DNA of 64,000 nucleotides from an uncultured delta proteobacterium (GCA_963816395.1 CAWFKQ010000009.1:96001-160000), one strand, 5' to 3'. Shown: positions 11,084 through 25,615, counted from the first letter of the stretch. Made by a program: numbers and translations. Notes: a model not told the origin generated them from the sequence alone.

Positions 11084-12182
11084 ATGGAAATATCCCGCCT
11101 GGTGCTGCGTCATTTCCGGAACCTTGAGCAGATTGATCTTGTTCCTGATTCGGGGTTCAATATCTTTTGGGGCGACAATGCACAGGGTAAAACCAATCTT
11201 CTGGAAGGGATTTACCTTCTTGGGAGTATGAAGAGTTTTCGTGGGGCACGAAATGAAGAGTTGGTTCGGCATGGATCCGGTGCATGCCGTCTGAGCGCGG
11301 AAGTAAATACCCGTGGGCAGCACCCGGCGAATAGAAATGAGCATTGCCGGTAGAGGCAAAACAGCCCGGGTAGATGGGAAGGATGCTCGGCGGCCAGGCG
11401 ATTTTTTCGGTCATCTGCGGCCGGTAATTTTTTCTCCTGAAGAAATAAACCTGGTGAGGGGAGCGCCGGCTGGGCGCCGGGCGCTACTTGATCGCGCGCT
11501 TTTCCAGTCTGATGTGAACTTTCTGGAACACGCTCGGGCCTATGACCGCCACTTACGACAGCGCAACCGCTTGCTGCGGGAAGAAGCCGGCGATCGTGAG
11601 TTGGCTCCCTGGACCGAAGGATTTATCCGCAGCGGCGCTCGCCTGCGCCTGGAGCGCTTTCGTTATATCCAGCGTCTGCGCCCTTTTTTAAGAGAGGCTT
11701 ATTCTCACATCGCCGGCGCAACGGAGGAGGCGGAGGTCATCTATGCGAACGGGAGTGGTGATGAGGACATGCTTATCGAGACACTGGCTCAGGAAGTGGC
11801 CGGAGTTGCCAACCGGGAACGAAGAATGGGGCAGTCCCTGGCCGGACCTCACCGCGATGACCCGGAATTCCAGATAGACTCTTTACCCGTGCGTACTTAC
11901 GGATCACAAGGACAGCAGAGATCGTTCTTACTGGCTTTTAAAACTGCCCAAATCAGAGATTTGGAGGAGACTACCGGTGAGGCGCCGGTGCTTCTGCTGG
12001 ATGATATGACCAGTGAACTGGATCGGGGAAGACAGGAATTATTTTTCCGTTATCTACTGGCGCGAGAGGGGCAGGTTTTCATTACGACAACTGATTGTCG
12101 AACCCTCTACGAGCAAGGATTTTCCCAGGCGCGATATCTTCGCGTTAACAAGGGACGCCTGGAAAACGACAGCCAAAGGTGA
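11084..12182 (+). CDS. recF: DNA replication/repair protein RecF; one apparent indel (~11320)
   Basis: [29 protein letters not shown] and [13 protein letters not shown] motifs. Confidence 0.93.
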
Positions 12183-12189
12183 TAATGAA

Positions 12190-14576
<2,387 letters not shown>

Positions 14577-14580
14577 TAAG

Positions 14581-14652
14581 CAGGCACAGAAGGCAAGAGA
14601 CAGGGGCTGAGAGGGTTTCCTCGTGCCTGCTTCTAGACTTGCCTTTGGCCTG
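14581..14652. repeat. Imperfect intergenic inverted repeat (REP-like), related to the one at 25616-25700
   Basis: CAGGC...AAGGCAAG / CTTGCCTT...GCCTG arms with internal GAGGGTTTCC. Confidence 0.5.
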
Positions 14653-14670
14653 GTTTCCGGAGGAAACCGC

Positions 14671-17175
14671 ATGCTATCTCAACAGAACAAGATAAGCGTC
14701 AGCATCGAAGACGAAATGCGCAAATCCTACATGGATTATGCCATGAGCGTCATCATCGGCCGCGCCCTTCCCGATGTGCGCGACGGTCTGAAGCCGGTGC
14801 ACCGGCGAGTGCTGTTCGCCATGCACGAGTTGGGCAACGAATGGAACAAACCATACAAAAAATCAGCCCGCGTCGTCGGTGATGTCATCGGTAAATTCCA
14901 TCCGCACGGCGACACGGCGGTCTACGATACCATCGTGCGCATGGCGCAGCCTTTTTCAATGCGCCACCCGTTGATCGACGGACAAGGAAACTTCGGTTCG
15001 GTCGACGGCGACTCGCCGGCTGCCATGCGCTACACCGAAGTGCGTATGGCCAGACTGGCGCATGAACTGCTCGCCGATATAGAAAAAGAAACGGTCGATT
15101 TTGGCCCCAACTACGACGACTCCCTGCAGGAGCCGCTGGTACTGCCCTGCAAATTTCCAAACCTGCTGGTCAACGGTTCTGAAGGGATCGCTGTCGGTAT
15201 GGCCACAAAAATTCCTCCGCACAACCTGGGAGAAGTGGTCGATGCCCTGGTGGCGGTAATAGACGATCCGAAAATCGATTTTGAGGAATTACTGGAGAAA
15301 GTCCACGGTCCCGATTTTCCCACCGCCGGTTTCATTCTCGGCCGGGAAGAAATCCGCCAGGCTTACCGTACCGGCCGGGGAATCATCCAGACCAGGGCCA
15401 GAGCTCTGGTGGAGAAGGACCGCCGCACCGGGCGGGAAAGCATCATCGTCACCGAAATACCTTTCCAGGTGAACAAGGCGAAGTTGATTGAAAAGATCGC
15501 CGATCTGGTGAAAGAACGCAGGATAGAGGGGATTTCCGATCTGCGTGACGAGTCGGATCGGGAGGGAATGCGCATTGTCATTGAGTTGAAGAAGGATACC
15601 TTCCCCCAGGTGATTCTCAACCAGCTCTACAAAATGACTCCGATGCAATCCTCCTTCGGCATCATCCTGCTGGCCATTGTCTCCGGGCAGCCACGTATTC
15701 TCACCCTGCGGGATATCCTCGACAAGTTTATCGAGCACCGCAAAGAGATCGTCACCCGGCGCTGTATCTTCGATCTGAAGAAGGCCGAAGCCCGGGCCCA
15801 CATACTGGAAGGGCTGAAGATTGCCCTGGAAAATCTCGATGAGGTAATTCAGATCATCAAGGAAAGCGCCAATCCAGCGCAAGCCAAAGAGCGATTGATG
15901 GCGCGCTTTCTCTTTTCCGACCTTCAGGCGCAGGCCATTCTCGACATGCGCCTGCACCGTCTCACTGGTCTGGAGCGCGACAAGATCATAACCGAGTACC
16001 GAGAGGTGCTGGCCCTGATTCAACGATTGAAAGAAATTCTCGCCAGTGAGGTGGAGATTTTCAAGATCATCCGCGAAGAGTTGCTGGAAATGCGGGAAAA
16101 ATACGCTAATCCCCGGCGTACTGAAATCATCGCGCGCAGCGGTGATCTGTCCCTGGAGGACCTGATCGTCGAAGAAGATATGGTGGTCACCGTCTCCCAT
16201 TCCGGCTACATCAAACGCAACGCCGTCTCCCTGTACCGTGCCCAGCGGCGCGGCGGTAAAGGTAAGACCGGCATGCGGACGAAGGAGGAGGATTTCGTCG
16301 AGCGCCTGTTCATCGCCTCCACCCACTCCTATATCCTCGTCTTCACCGACCTGGGCAAGGTCTATTGGCTGAAGGTGCATGAGATCCCACAGGGGGGGCG
16401 GGCAACGCGCGGCAAGGCGATCGTCAACCTGCTGCAGCTCTCCTCCGGTGAGAACGTCACCAGCATCTTGCCGGTGAAGGAATTCGTCGCGGATAAGTAC
16501 ATCGTTACCGCCACCCGCAATGGGGTGATCAAGAAAACCGAACTGATGGCTTATGCCAATCCGCGCGCAGGGGGGATTATCGCCCTGACCATCGATGAGG
16601 GCGACCGCCTGGTTTCCACCCGCCTTACCGACGGCTCAATGGACATCCTGCTGGCCAGCCGCAATGGCAAATCAATCCGCTTCCCGGAGAGCGATGTGCG
16701 GCCCATGGGACGCACGTCGCGCGGCGTGCGCGGCATGCTGCTGGAGGATGATGAACAATTGATTGGAATGGAGGTGGTTTCCGATGTCACCGCCGCTACC
16801 TTGGTGACGGTCACCGAAAATGGGTACGGAAAGCGCACCGATCTGGCCGAGTACCGTGTGCAGAGCCGTGGCGGCAAAGGGATCATCACCATCAAGACCT
16901 CCGAACGCAATGGCAAGGTGGTGGACATCAAGCTGGTCGATGACGACTCCGACCTGATGCTGATCACTGATGGCGGCAAGGTCTTGCGCATGGCCGTTTC
17001 CGCTTTGTCGATCATCGGCCGCAACACCCAGGGGGTGCGCCTGATGGTACTGGAATCGGGTGAACGTATCGTAGCGGTTGCCAAACTCGCCGAGAAGGAC
17101 GAGGACAATGGAGATACAGAAGCTGAAGAAGAGGCTTTTACAGGAGGAACTGCGGAGGAGGAGGAAGAATTCTAA
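14671..17175 (+). CDS. gyrA: DNA gyrase subunit A
   Basis: [32 protein letters not shown], GyrA box QRRGGKG and an acidic tail. Confidence 0.97.
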   Translation: MLSQQNKISVSIEDEMRKSYMDYAMSVIIGRALPDVRDGLKPVHRRVLFAMHELGNEWNKPYKKSARVVGDVIGKFHPHGDTAVYDTIVRMAQPFSMRHPLIDGQGNFGSVDGDSPAAMRYTEVRMARLAHELLADIEKETVDFGPNYDDSLQEPLVLPCKFPNLLVNGSEGIAVGMATKIPPHNLGEVVDALVAVIDDPKIDFEELLEKVHGPDFPTAGFILGREEIRQAYRTGRGIIQTRARALVEKDRRTGRESIIVTEIPFQVNKAKLIEKIADLVKERRIEGISDLRDESDREGMRIVIELKKDTFPQVILNQLYKMTPMQSSFGIILLAIVSGQPRILTLRDILDKFIEHRKEIVTRRCIFDLKKAEARAHILEGLKIALENLDEVIQIIKESANPAQAKERLMARFLFSDLQAQAILDMRLHRLTGLERDKIITEYREVLALIQRLKEILASEVEIFKIIREELLEMREKYANPRRTEIIARSGDLSLEDLIVEEDMVVTVSHSGYIKRNAVSLYRAQRRGGKGKTGMRTKEEDFVERLFIASTHSYILVFTDLGKVYWLKVHEIPQGGRATRGKAIVNLLQLSSGENVTSILPVKEFVADKYIVTATRNGVIKKTELMAYANPRAGGIIALTIDEGDRLVSTRLTDGSMDILLASRNGKSIRFPESDVRPMGRTSRGVRGMLLEDDEQLIGMEVVSDVTAATLVTVTENGYGKRTDLAEYRVQSRGGKGIITIKTSERNGKVVDIKLVDDDSDLMLITDGGKVLRMAVSALSIIGRNTQGVRLMVLESGERIVAVAKLAEKDEDNGDTEAEEEAFTGGTAEEEEEF

Positions 17176-17989
17176 ACATTTCCGCCTGCTGGTCACGTCC
17201 GCCCTGCTTCTGCTGATTGTCCTGTTTGCCGGCCTGATTTTCTATGTCTCCAACCTGGACCACATGCTGGAGGAGGATTATGTCCGGGCCGATGCGCTGG
17301 TGGAAAAGGGGGGATATGAGGAGGCGGTCGAAATCTATCGCGGTATCTATCGGCGCCATCCCACTTTTCACCTCTCCTCCCAGGCAATCTTTCAGGCAGG
17401 GGAGGTGTTAAACCTGTACCTGAAGAAATATCGGGAGGCTCTGCTCGCCTATCTGATGGTTGAAAAGGATTATCCCCGCTCCGAATTGACTCGCAAGGCC
17501 CAATTTCAGGTGGCGGAAATCTACAAATACCGGCTGCGCGACTACAGCCGGGCCATAGTAGCCTATCAGAAGCTCCTGGATGCCGGTGCCCCCCGCGGCG
17601 ACCGGTTGCAATACGAGGTGGCGGACGCCTATTTCCGCCTGGAGAATTTCGAGCAAGCGCGCATCGAGTTCGAAACCCTCCAGAAGAATTATCCGGACAG
17701 TCCATTGCTGCCGGAAGTTCAGTATCGCATTGCCGTTGCCTGGTCGCTGGAAGGAGAACCGGCGGCGGCAGAGAAGGCGTTCCGGCAGGTAGAGAAAAAG
17801 TGGCCCGATGATCCCTATACCCTGGAGGCCCGCTTCGGACTTGCATCAGTGCTGGAGGATCGCGAGGAACTGACCGACGCGCTGAAGGTGCTGGAGAGTC
17901 TGGCCGGCACCTATCCCAATGCCGAGGCGCTGAGCAAAAAGACGGAGCAGGTGCGGGAGCGCATCAGGAAGAAGAAGAAAGCCATTTGA
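17108..17989 (+). CDS. Membrane-anchored tetratricopeptide-repeat protein (BamD/YbgF-like repeats)
   Basis: Basic N-terminus, one TM helix, repeated helical TPR units ending YP.S; overlaps the gyrA 3' end. Confidence 0.8.
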   Translation: MEIQKLKKRLLQEELRRRRKNSKHFRLLVTSALLLLIVLFAGLIFYVSNLDHMLEEDYVRADALVEKGGYEEAVEIYRGIYRRHPTFHLSSQAIFQAGEVLNLYLKKYREALLAYLMVEKDYPRSELTRKAQFQVAEIYKYRLRDYSRAIVAYQKLLDAGAPRGDRLQYEVADAYFRLENFEQARIEFETLQKNYPDSPLLPEVQYRIAVAWSLEGEPAAAEKAFRQVEKKWPDDPYTLEARFGLASVLEDREELTDALKVLESLAGTYPNAEALSKKTEQVRERIRKKKKAI

Positions 17990-17999
17990 GGAAACCTCG

Positions 18000-18999
18000 A
18001 TGAATATTGGCGTGATCGGTGCCGGCAGTTGGGGAACCACCCTCGCCGACCTGCTGGCGAAAAAAGGCAATGCGGTAACTTTGTGGGTTTACGAGCCGGA
18101 GCTGGCCGCTCGCCTGCCGCTCAGCCGGGAAAATGACTTGTATTTGCCCGGCTTTCCCCTGGCGGAAAACCTCGTTTTTAGCTGCCGATTTGCTAGAAGT
18201 GGCTGCCGGCAAGGAAATGTTGGTGCTGGTCCCACCCTCCCAGGTGATGCGTCAGGTGATGCGTCAGGTCACCTCCCATATCGCCCCTGAGACCTTGCTG
18301 GTGTCGGCTTCCAAAGGCATTGAGAATGACTCGCTGCTGCTGATGTCGGAAGTTCTGGGTGAGGTACTCCCCACCCTGGCAGGTCAGACCGCCTTTCTCT
18401 CCGGGCCATCTTTCGCCCGGGAAGTGGCAGCCGGCATGCCGACGGCGGTGGCGGTGGCCGCCCGTAATCCCGAAGTCGCCAGCAGGGTGCAGGAAGTCTG
18501 CAGCACCGCGACTTTCCGGGTCTATACCAACGAAGATGTGATCGGGGTGGAAATGGCCGGTGCTTTGAAAAATATCATCGCCCTGGCCGCCGGGGTTGCC
18601 GATGGCCTCGGGTTCGGTTACAACACCCGCGCCGCCCTGATCACCCGCGGTCTGGCAGAAATAACGCGGCTGGGGGTGGCCAAGGGAGCTGACGCTGCCA
18701 CCTTCGCCGGTCTGGCCGGCATCGGGGACCTGGTGCTCACCTGCACCGGCGATCTCTCCCGCAACCGTTCGGTGGGGATGGCGCTCGGCCGGGGGAAGAG
18801 CCTGGAGGAGATTCTGTCCGGTATGACAATGGTTGCGGAAGGGGTGAAAACCACCCTGTCTGCCTACCAGCTGGCCTCTCGTCTGGGAGTGGAGATACCC
18901 ATCACCGAGCAGATGTACGGCATCCTTTACGAAGGGAAGAGCGCCCGTCAGGCAGTGGCCGACCTGATGCTGCGCGAGCTGAAAGCCGAAGGAATCTGA
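18000..18999 (+). CDS. gpsA: NAD(P)H-dependent glycerol-3-phosphate dehydrogenase; one apparent indel (~18180)
   Basis: GAGSWGTTLA, SKGIE, LSGPSFAREV, GALKNIIA and GDLVLTCTGDLSRN motifs. Confidence 0.93.
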
Positions 19000-19014
19000 A
19001 GAAGGGAACAGAAT

Positions 19015-19576
19015 ATGCGCCTGCTGCTGTTGGTTTGTCTGCTGCTATTGCCGTCGGTCGCTCCTGCCATGCAGTACGTCCTTCTGGAAACCAGTCGCGG
19101 CGAGATCAAGCTGGAACTGGATGACCAGCGGGCGCCGGAGACGGTGAAAAATTTCCTCACTTATGCCGAGGCCGGATTTTACGACGGGACCATCTTTCAC
19201 CGGGTGGTCGCCGATTTTATGATTCAGGGAGGGGGCTACACCGCCGACCTGCAGGCCAAACCGACCCTCGCGCCAATCCGTAACGAGGCCGGAAATGGAC
19301 TGAAGAACCGCCGGGGCACCATCGCCATGGCGCGCACCCCGATGATCGACAGTGCCACCAGCCAATTTTTCATCAATCTCCGGGACAATGATTTTCTCGA
19401 CCACCGGGGGAATGACCCGGAAAGTTTCGGCTACGCCGTATTCGGTCGGGTGGTGGCAGGCATGGACGTCGTCGACTCTATTGGTAAACTTAAGAACGGG
19501 CCGGAAGAATGCCCGGTTTCCGAGTCTTCCGGAGGAGACGGTAATTATCCGGAAGGTCAGCCGGGCGGGCCAATAA
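19015..19576 (+). CDS. ppiA: Periplasmic cyclophilin-type peptidyl-prolyl isomerase; apparent indel near 19495
   Basis: Signal peptide, [35 protein letters not shown] and GYAVFGRV motifs. Confidence 0.88.
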
Positions 19577-19641
19577 GGATAACAAACCGGGGTGAATGCT
19601 GAGGAGGGCTGACCGGAACGGGCCGGCCGGAAAAGGGGCAA

Positions 19642-20377
19642 GTGACGACCATCCGTGTGATGACCTACAATGTCAAGCGATGCCGGGGTTCCGACGACCG
19701 GGAAGACCCGGAGCGCATTGCGCGCGTCGTCAGTGAGAGTGCCCCGGACATTGTCGCCCTGCAGGAGATCGATGCCTGCCCGGAAAATGACCAGCTCGGC
19801 CAGACTCGCCGAGCGGCTGGGGATGCGCCGTTACGGCCTGTCCCGCTACTGCGCCAACGCTTTTCTCTCTTATTACCCGCTGAAGGGAATTCAGGAATTC
19901 GAATTGGGCGAAGGAGGTTGTTGCCTGCGAGCCGATGCCGATCTCAACGGGCAGCGGCTGCATTTGTTCAACCTGCGCCTCGATTCGGCCCCGTCGGCGC
20001 GCCGACGGCAAATTTCGGTCTTGCTCGGCCCTGATCTGCTGGGAAATGCCGCTCTGGGCTGCCCAACCCTGGTCCTGGGGGATTTTGCCGATCTCCTCTG
20101 GGGACCCGGCAACATCAATCTTACCCTGGTCCTGCGCAAGGCCCGGCGGCCGTTGTGGAGCTCCACCTATCCAGCCCGTTTCCCCGTGGCCGGGCGCGAC
20201 CGGGCCTACCTGCGCGGCGAGCTGCGTATCGTCGATTCCAACATTCCCCGCTCTCCGCTGGCCCGGCAGGCCTCGACACATCTCCCCCTCAGCCTGACGG
20301 TCAAGATCACCGACCCGCGCACCTACTTGCGCGTGGAGAAGCTCCACCCGGGGCAGATGAAAATCGCCCCCGGGTAA
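19642..20377 (+). CDS. Endonuclease/exonuclease/phosphatase family protein; one apparent indel (~19800)
   Basis: RVMTYNV, PDIVALQEID, VLGDF and ASTHLP motifs. Confidence 0.82.
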
Positions 20378-20380
20378 TTC

Positions 20381-20411
20381 TGTGGATAACCCTGTGGAAA
20401 TCTGTGTATGA
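20381..20411. promoter_or_regulatory. Tandem DnaA-box cluster at the nth start
   Basis: TGTGGATAA (perfect, 20381), TGTGGAAAT (20393) and TGTGTATGA (20403), all in the same orientation. Confidence 0.7.
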
Positions 20412-21062
20412 GTGAAGAAGGAGGCAACAAGAAGCGCGCCTTGGCCGTCCTCGATATTCTCGCCGCCACCTACCCCGATGCCCGCATCGCCCTGCATTTC
20501 AGCACCCCATGGGAGCTTCTGGTGGCGACGATTCTGTCAGCCCAGTGCACCGATGTGCGGGTAAATATGGTGACCCCCGAGCTTTTCCGCACGTATCCGG
20601 ACGCAAGATCCTTTGCTGCCGCCGATTTCGAAAACCTGGCGAATGACTATCCGCTCCACCGGTTTTTTTCGCGCCAAGGCGAAGAGCCTGATCGGAGCGG
20701 CCTCCCAGATTACCAAACTGCACGACGGCGAAGTGCCAAGAACCATGGAGGAACTGACCGCTCTTCCGGGCGTCGGGCGCAAGACCGCCAACGTCGTGCT
20801 CGGTAATGCCTTCGGCATACCGGGAATGGTGGTCGATACCCACGTGAAACGGGTTGCCGCCCGTCTCGGCTGGACCCGGGAGAGTGATCCGGAAAAAATT
20901 GAGCAGGATCTCTGCCGGCTGCTGCCGCAGGAGCGCTGGACTCAAGCCAGCCACCTGCTGATCTGGCATGGCCGGCGGCTCTGCAAGGCGCCGACTCCCC
21001 TCTGTTCCGCCTGCCCCGTGCACAGGCTCTGCCCACGGACGGGCGTGAAGAAGTCCCGGTAA
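20408..21062 (+). CDS. nth: Endonuclease III; one apparent indel (~20640)
   Basis: ELLVATILSAQCTD, HhH LPGVGRKTANVV, VDTHVKRV and 4Fe-4S C-x6-C-x2-C-x5-C motifs. Confidence 0.93.
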
Positions 21063-21128
21063 GATCCGGGAGAGCCGCCGCCGCGGCAGTGTCTTCCCCG
21101 CACTTCTGCTTCCTGACGTAAACCGCCA

Positions 21129-21167
21129 GAAAAGAAGCCGCCGGCATTCTGTAGCTGCGGCGGCTTC
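21129..21167 (-). terminator. Intrinsic terminator between convergent nth and PBP1A genes
   Basis: GAAGCCGCCG/CGGCGGCTTC stem followed by a T-run on the minus strand. Confidence 0.6.
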
Positions 21168-21197
21168 GTCCTCCCGGTTGATCGATATCCTTTCCCC

Positions 21198-23621
21198 TTA
21201 TTTTCCGCCAGTATCCTCCATGTCCAGACGGAAGAAGTCACGGGCCTTCGGTTTCTCATCGAGGGCGTAGCGGGAAGGTGCGGTCCCCGGGGCGAAGGCC
21301 TCGATGGAGACGTCCGGGCTGTCTTCGGGGGCGAGCAGACCGGTCGCCGGATCGATGGCGTGGAATTCGATGTCTTCCGGCACGGGAAAGGGGAGAGGCT
21401 CCAGGCCCTTCACCGCTTCCTGCATGAAGGCCAGCCAGGCCGGCAGGGCGGCCCGGGCGCCGGTTTCCTTTTCCCCGAGCGGCCGTTCCTGGTCATAGCC
21501 GACCCAGGCGACGGCCGTTAACTGCGGTACGAAACCGCCGAACCAGGCGTCCTTCAGGTCATTGGTGGTGCCGGTTTTTCCGGCTACCGGCCGGCCGAGG
21601 ACCTTGGCGCGCTGGCCGGTGCCGCTGCGAACCACGCTTTCCATCAGGTTGGTGATCAGGTAGGCAGTCTCCGGCGAGATGACCCGCTCCGGAGACTGGC
21701 GGATGAGGTGTTGCCCCTTGCCGGGACCGCTCGGGAAATCGGCGGGATCGGCGGATTCCAGAACCCGGCCGTCGCGGTCGAGGATCTTGGTGATATAGAT
21801 CGGATCGACGCGCACGCCGCCGTTGGCGAAGACGGAGTAGGCGGTGGCCAACTCCAGGGGAGTGATGGCGGAGGAGCCGAGGGCCAGGGTCAGGTCCTGC
21901 GTCAGAGGGGATTCGATCCCCAGCTTTCGGGCATAGCGGGCAGCATAATTCACCCCGATGTCTTCCAGAATCTTGATGGTGATGACGTTGTTGGAGTGGG
22001 TCAGGGCCTGCCGGACGGAGGTGGGGCCGAAAAAATGCTGGGAATAGTTTCTCGGCTTCCACTCGTTCTCCTCGCCGCTCTCGTTTTTTTCCTTGAAGAT
22101 CACCGGGGTGTCTAGAACGATGTTGGCGGGCGTATACCCCTTGTCGAGCGCGGCGGCATAGATGATCGGTTTGAATGCCGAGCCGGGCAGCCGGCGAGCC
22201 TGCAGAACCCGGTTGAACTGGCTGGTAGCGAAATCGTAGCCGCCGACCATCGCCCTGACCTGCCCCGAGTGGGGGTCGAGGGCAACCAGGGCCCCCTGCG
22301 CCTGCGGTTGCTGTTCCAAGCGGAGGTGCAAGGTACCATTTTCCTCTGCGCCGTCGACCTGGACCAGCAGGACAGAGCCGATCGGAAGGCGGGTTTCGGA
22401 ACCGTTGGCGTTGCCGCTGGCGGCCTTGCCCCGCGCCACCACCCGGACCCGGCCGGCCCACCGGCAGCTGTCCAGCGGAATCTCGCCCCGGAAGGGGCCG
22501 ATACGTACCTGCAGGACTTTGTCACTACCGCCGGTCAGTACCCCTTCCAGCAGGGTGTGGAGAGCCGGCGGCTGTCCGTCGAGGGTATTTTCCTGTTCGG
22601 CGAGGAAGCCTTTTTCCTCCTCCAGAGACAGAACTCGGCGCGGGCCGCGATATCCTTGGCGCTGATCATGATTGCGCAGATTTTCCTGGACCGCATTCTG
22701 GGCGGCCTGCTGCAGGTGCAGATTCATGGTGGTATGAACTTCCAGCCCGCCGGTATAAAGAAGCTCCGCCCCGTAAGTCTCCTCCAGGTACCGACGGACC
22801 TGTTCGGTGAAATAACCGGCCTCGGCGATATGGGCGTTAACCCGCGGATGGATATGCAAGGGCTCGGCTGTAGCTACGGCGGCCTCCTCCGGGGTGATGT
22901 ATCCTTCCGTCACCATCCGGCCGAGGACGTATTTCTGTCTCTCTTTGGCGCGGGCCAGGTAGCGGTAGGGGGAATAGCGGCTGGGGGCCTGCGGCAGGCC
23001 GCCGAGCATGGCGCACTCGGCCAGGGTGAGGTCCTGCACGTCCTTGCCGAAGTAATTCTCCGCCGCCGCCTGGACGCCGTAGGCGCCGTGCCCCAGATAA
23101 ATCTGGTTCAGGTAGAGATAGAGGATTTCCTCCTTGGAAAGCTTCTTCTCCATCCGCCAGGCGAGGATGGCCTCCTTGAATTTGCGGGAAAATTTCTTCT
23201 CGGGAGAGAGCAGCAGGCTCTTGGCGACCTGCTGGGTGATCGTGCTGCCGCCCTGAACAATGCCGCCGGCCAGCAGGTTTTTCAGGGCCGCTCGCAGAAT
23301 GGAAATCAAGTCGATTCCCTGGTGCTGGAAAAAATTACTGTCCTCGGCGGAGATGAAAGCCTGGATAAGCTGTCGCGGCATGCGCTCGACGGGCACGATG
23401 ATGCGCCGCTCGCGGGCGAATTCGGCAATCAGGGTACCGTCTTCGCTGTAGACGCGGCTAATCACCGGCGGCCGATAATCTTCCAGAGTCTCGACCCGGG
23501 GGAGAGAAGAAGCGACATAAAAATAGGCGCCGACGATTCCGGCTACCGCCAGCAGCAGAACGCCGGACGCGGCAAGCAGAAGAGAACGAAGGAGGGAGCG
23601 AAAGGACATAGCAGACACCAT
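21198..23621 (-). CDS. mrcA: Class A penicillin-binding protein 1A
   Basis: Transglycosylase motifs AEDSNFFQHQG, GGSTITQQVAK, RKFKE, YLNQIYLG; transpeptidase motifs SAFK, SNN, KTG. Confidence 0.93.
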   Translation of the reverse strand: MVSAMSFRSLLRSLLLAASGVLLLAVAGIVGAYFYVASSLPRVETLEDYRPPVISRVYSEDGTLIAEFARERRIIVPVERMPRQLIQAFISAEDSNFFQHQGIDLISILRAALKNLLAGGIVQGGSTITQQVAKSLLLSPEKKFSRKFKEAILAWRMEKKLSKEEILYLYLNQIYLGHGAYGVQAAAENYFGKDVQDLTLAECAMLGGLPQAPSRYSPYRYLARAKERQKYVLGRMVTEGYITPEEAAVATAEPLHIHPRVNAHIAEAGYFTEQVRRYLEETYGAELLYTGGLEVHTTMNLHLQQAAQNAVQENLRNHDQRQGYRGPRRVLSLEEEKGFLAEQENTLDGQPPALHTLLEGVLTGGSDKVLQVRIGPFRGEIPLDSCRWAGRVRVVARGKAASGNANGSETRLPIGSVLLVQVDGAEENGTLHLRLEQQPQAQGALVALDPHSGQVRAMVGGYDFATSQFNRVLQARRLPGSAFKPIIYAAALDKGYTPANIVLDTPVIFKEKNESGEENEWKPRNYSQHFFGPTSVRQALTHSNNVITIKILEDIGVNYAARYARKLGIESPLTQDLTLALGSSAITPLELATAYSVFANGGVRVDPIYITKILDRDGRVLESADPADFPSGPGKGQHLIRQSPERVISPETAYLITNLMESVVRSGTGQRAKVLGRPVAGKTGTTNDLKDAWFGGFVPQLTAVAWVGYDQERPLGEKETGARAALPAWLAFMQEAVKGLEPLPFPVPEDIEFHAIDPATGLLAPEDSPDVSIEAFAPGTAPSRYALDEKPKARDFFRLDMEDTGGK

Positions 23622-23754
23622 TCATCATTTTACGGAAGCTGTATAACTACCATATTTACCGGCGGAGTGGCAACGGTTTACCGTTTGCCTGCCCGACCGC
23701 CTGTGGTATAGTTCCTGCGAATCATAATGCAATGCAAGGGAGGTTTCGAGCGGC

Positions 23755-24075
23755 ATGAAGAGGTTTCTGGCCCTGCTTCTATTGGCGGTTTTAATCCTGG
23801 GATGCGCTATGTTCAAGTCATGGCAGGCGATCCCGCCTCCGGGCGGCTGCGACAAGTGCCATACCAAGAAGATCAGCGCCGATTGGCAGGTCGCCTACGT
23901 CCCGGCAACCATTCACAGCGAGACGGGCCAGGAGCCGTGGCAGAAACCGGAAGCCATTCTGCCGCCGGAATCCTCACCCCTCGAACGGATGAAGATCACC
24001 GAGGAGCGCTGTTTCCGCTGCCATAAAGGGCCGGACAAGGCGCACGTCGAGTACAAGGGACGCTATCACCATTAA
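23755..24075 (+). CDS. Small di-heme cytochrome c lipoprotein
   Basis: Lipobox-like LILGC after a hydrophobic signal; two CXXCH motifs (CDKCH, CFRCH). Confidence 0.85.
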   Translation: MKRFLALLLLAVLILGCAMFKSWQAIPPPGGCDKCHTKKISADWQVAYVPATIHSETGQEPWQKPEAILPPESSPLERMKITEERCFRCHKGPDKAHVEYKGRYHH

Positions 24076-24160
24076 TCCTCTCCGGACCGGTCGCAGGGAC
24101 CTGCTTTCGGGTCCCTTTCGTGGTTTTACAGGGACGGCTGGCGGATGGAAGGAGAAGCGC

Positions 24161-25609
24161 ATGTTTCGCCGAACCAAGATTGTCGCCACCCTGGGTCCGG
24201 CCAGCGAATCGGAGGAGCGGCTGCGGGCGTTGATGGAAGCGGGGGCCGATGTTTTCCGTCTCAACTTCTCCCATGGCGATCATGCCTCAAAAGCCACTCT
24301 GATCCGCCGGATCCGTGAAATCTCCCGCCAGCGCCGCCAGGCGGTAGCCATCCTCGGCGATTTGCAGGGGCCGAAAATCCGCACCGGATTAATGAAGGAT
24401 GGGGCGCTGCAGCTGTTTCCCGGGCAGGAGGTGACGGTCACCATTCGGGACGTCCTGGGGGAGGGGAGCCTGATTCCCACCACCTACCGTGAGTTACCGC
24501 GAGATGTGCGACCGGGAGACCAGGTACTGCTCGACGACGGGCTGATGGAGCTGCAGGTCCTGACCGTCCAGCCGGAGGAGGTGCGCTGCCGGGTCAAGGT
24601 GGGAGGTCTGTTGAAAAACCGCAAGGGAATGAATCTCCCCGGGGTAACCGTCTCAGCACCGGCTCTCACCGACAAGGATCGTGAAGATCTTGCTTTTTGC
24701 ATCCGCGAAGAGGTTGATTATCTGGCCCTCTCCTTTGTCCGCCGGGCCGAGGATCTTCTGGAGCTGAAGGATATCCTCTTTCAGCAGAAGGCCGATATCC
24801 GGGTGATCGCCAAAATCGAGAAACCGCAGGCCGTGGATAACTTCGACGCCATCCTGGAGGTGACCGACGGTATCATGGTGGCGCGCGGCGATTTGGGGGT
24901 GGAGATGAGCCCGGAGAAGGTGCCGCTGATTCAGAAGAAGATTATCCGCAAGTGCAACGAGGCCGGCAAGCCGGTCATCACCGCCACCCAGATGCTGGAG
25001 AGCATGATTGAAAACCCCCGTCCCACCCGCGCCGAAACCTCGGATGTGGCCAATGCCATTCTCGATGGCACCGATGCAGTGATGCTTTCGGCCGAAACCG
25101 CCTCCGGCAAATACCCGGTGGAGGCGGTATCCCTGATGGTGCGGGTCGCCCTCGACGTGGAACGCGAGCCGCTGCTGCAGGAGCGGGCCTTTCACCGCAT
25201 TCCCGAACTGCGCGGCTACCGCAGCCTGCCGGAGGCGATCGGCCAGGCGGCGGTGCGGGTGGCGGAGAATGTGGGAGCGACGGCCATCCTGGCTTTCACC
25301 CAGACCGGCAGCACCGCGGCTCTGGTAGCCAAATATCGGCCGCCGGTGCCGATCTTCGCCGTCACTCCCTCGCAGGCGGTGCGCCGCCGGCTCTCCCTGT
25401 ATGCCGGTGTGCGCTCCATCCGGGTCGACATCCGCGGCGACACCGAAGCCCAGATCCGCTCCGTGGAAGAGGCGGTGCTGGTTGCCGGAGTGGTGGCGAA
25501 AGGGGAGGTGGTGGTGATCACGATGGGGAGTCCCGTTTCCGCTCCCGGCACCACCAATCTGCTTAAGGTGCACCGGCTCGGCACCGGAGAGTTTTATGAA
25601 GTCCATTAA
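24161..25609 (+). CDS. pyk: Pyruvate kinase
   Basis: [43 protein letters not shown] and ATQMLESM motifs. Confidence 0.97.
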   Translation: MFRRTKIVATLGPASESEERLRALMEAGADVFRLNFSHGDHASKATLIRRIREISRQRRQAVAILGDLQGPKIRTGLMKDGALQLFPGQEVTVTIRDVLGEGSLIPTTYRELPRDVRPGDQVLLDDGLMELQVLTVQPEEVRCRVKVGGLLKNRKGMNLPGVTVSAPALTDKDREDLAFCIREEVDYLALSFVRRAEDLLELKDILFQQKADIRVIAKIEKPQAVDNFDAILEVTDGIMVARGDLGVEMSPEKVPLIQKKIIRKCNEAGKPVITATQMLESMIENPRPTRAETSDVANAILDGTDAVMLSAETASGKYPVEAVSLMVRVALDVEREPLLQERAFHRIPELRGYRSLPEAIGQAAVRVAENVGATAILAFTQTGSTAALVAKYRPPVPIFAVTPSQAVRRRLSLYAGVRSIRVDIRGDTEAQIRSVEEAVLVAGVVAKGEVVVITMGSPVSAPGTTNLLKVHRLGTGEFYEVH

Positions 25610-25615
25610 CTGCGT

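Noticed and set aside
18241..18270. 12-nt tandem repeat CAGGTGATGCGT in gpsA
   Set aside because: It is in frame (QVMRQVMRQV) and gives a normal-length protein, with no evidence of phase variation.
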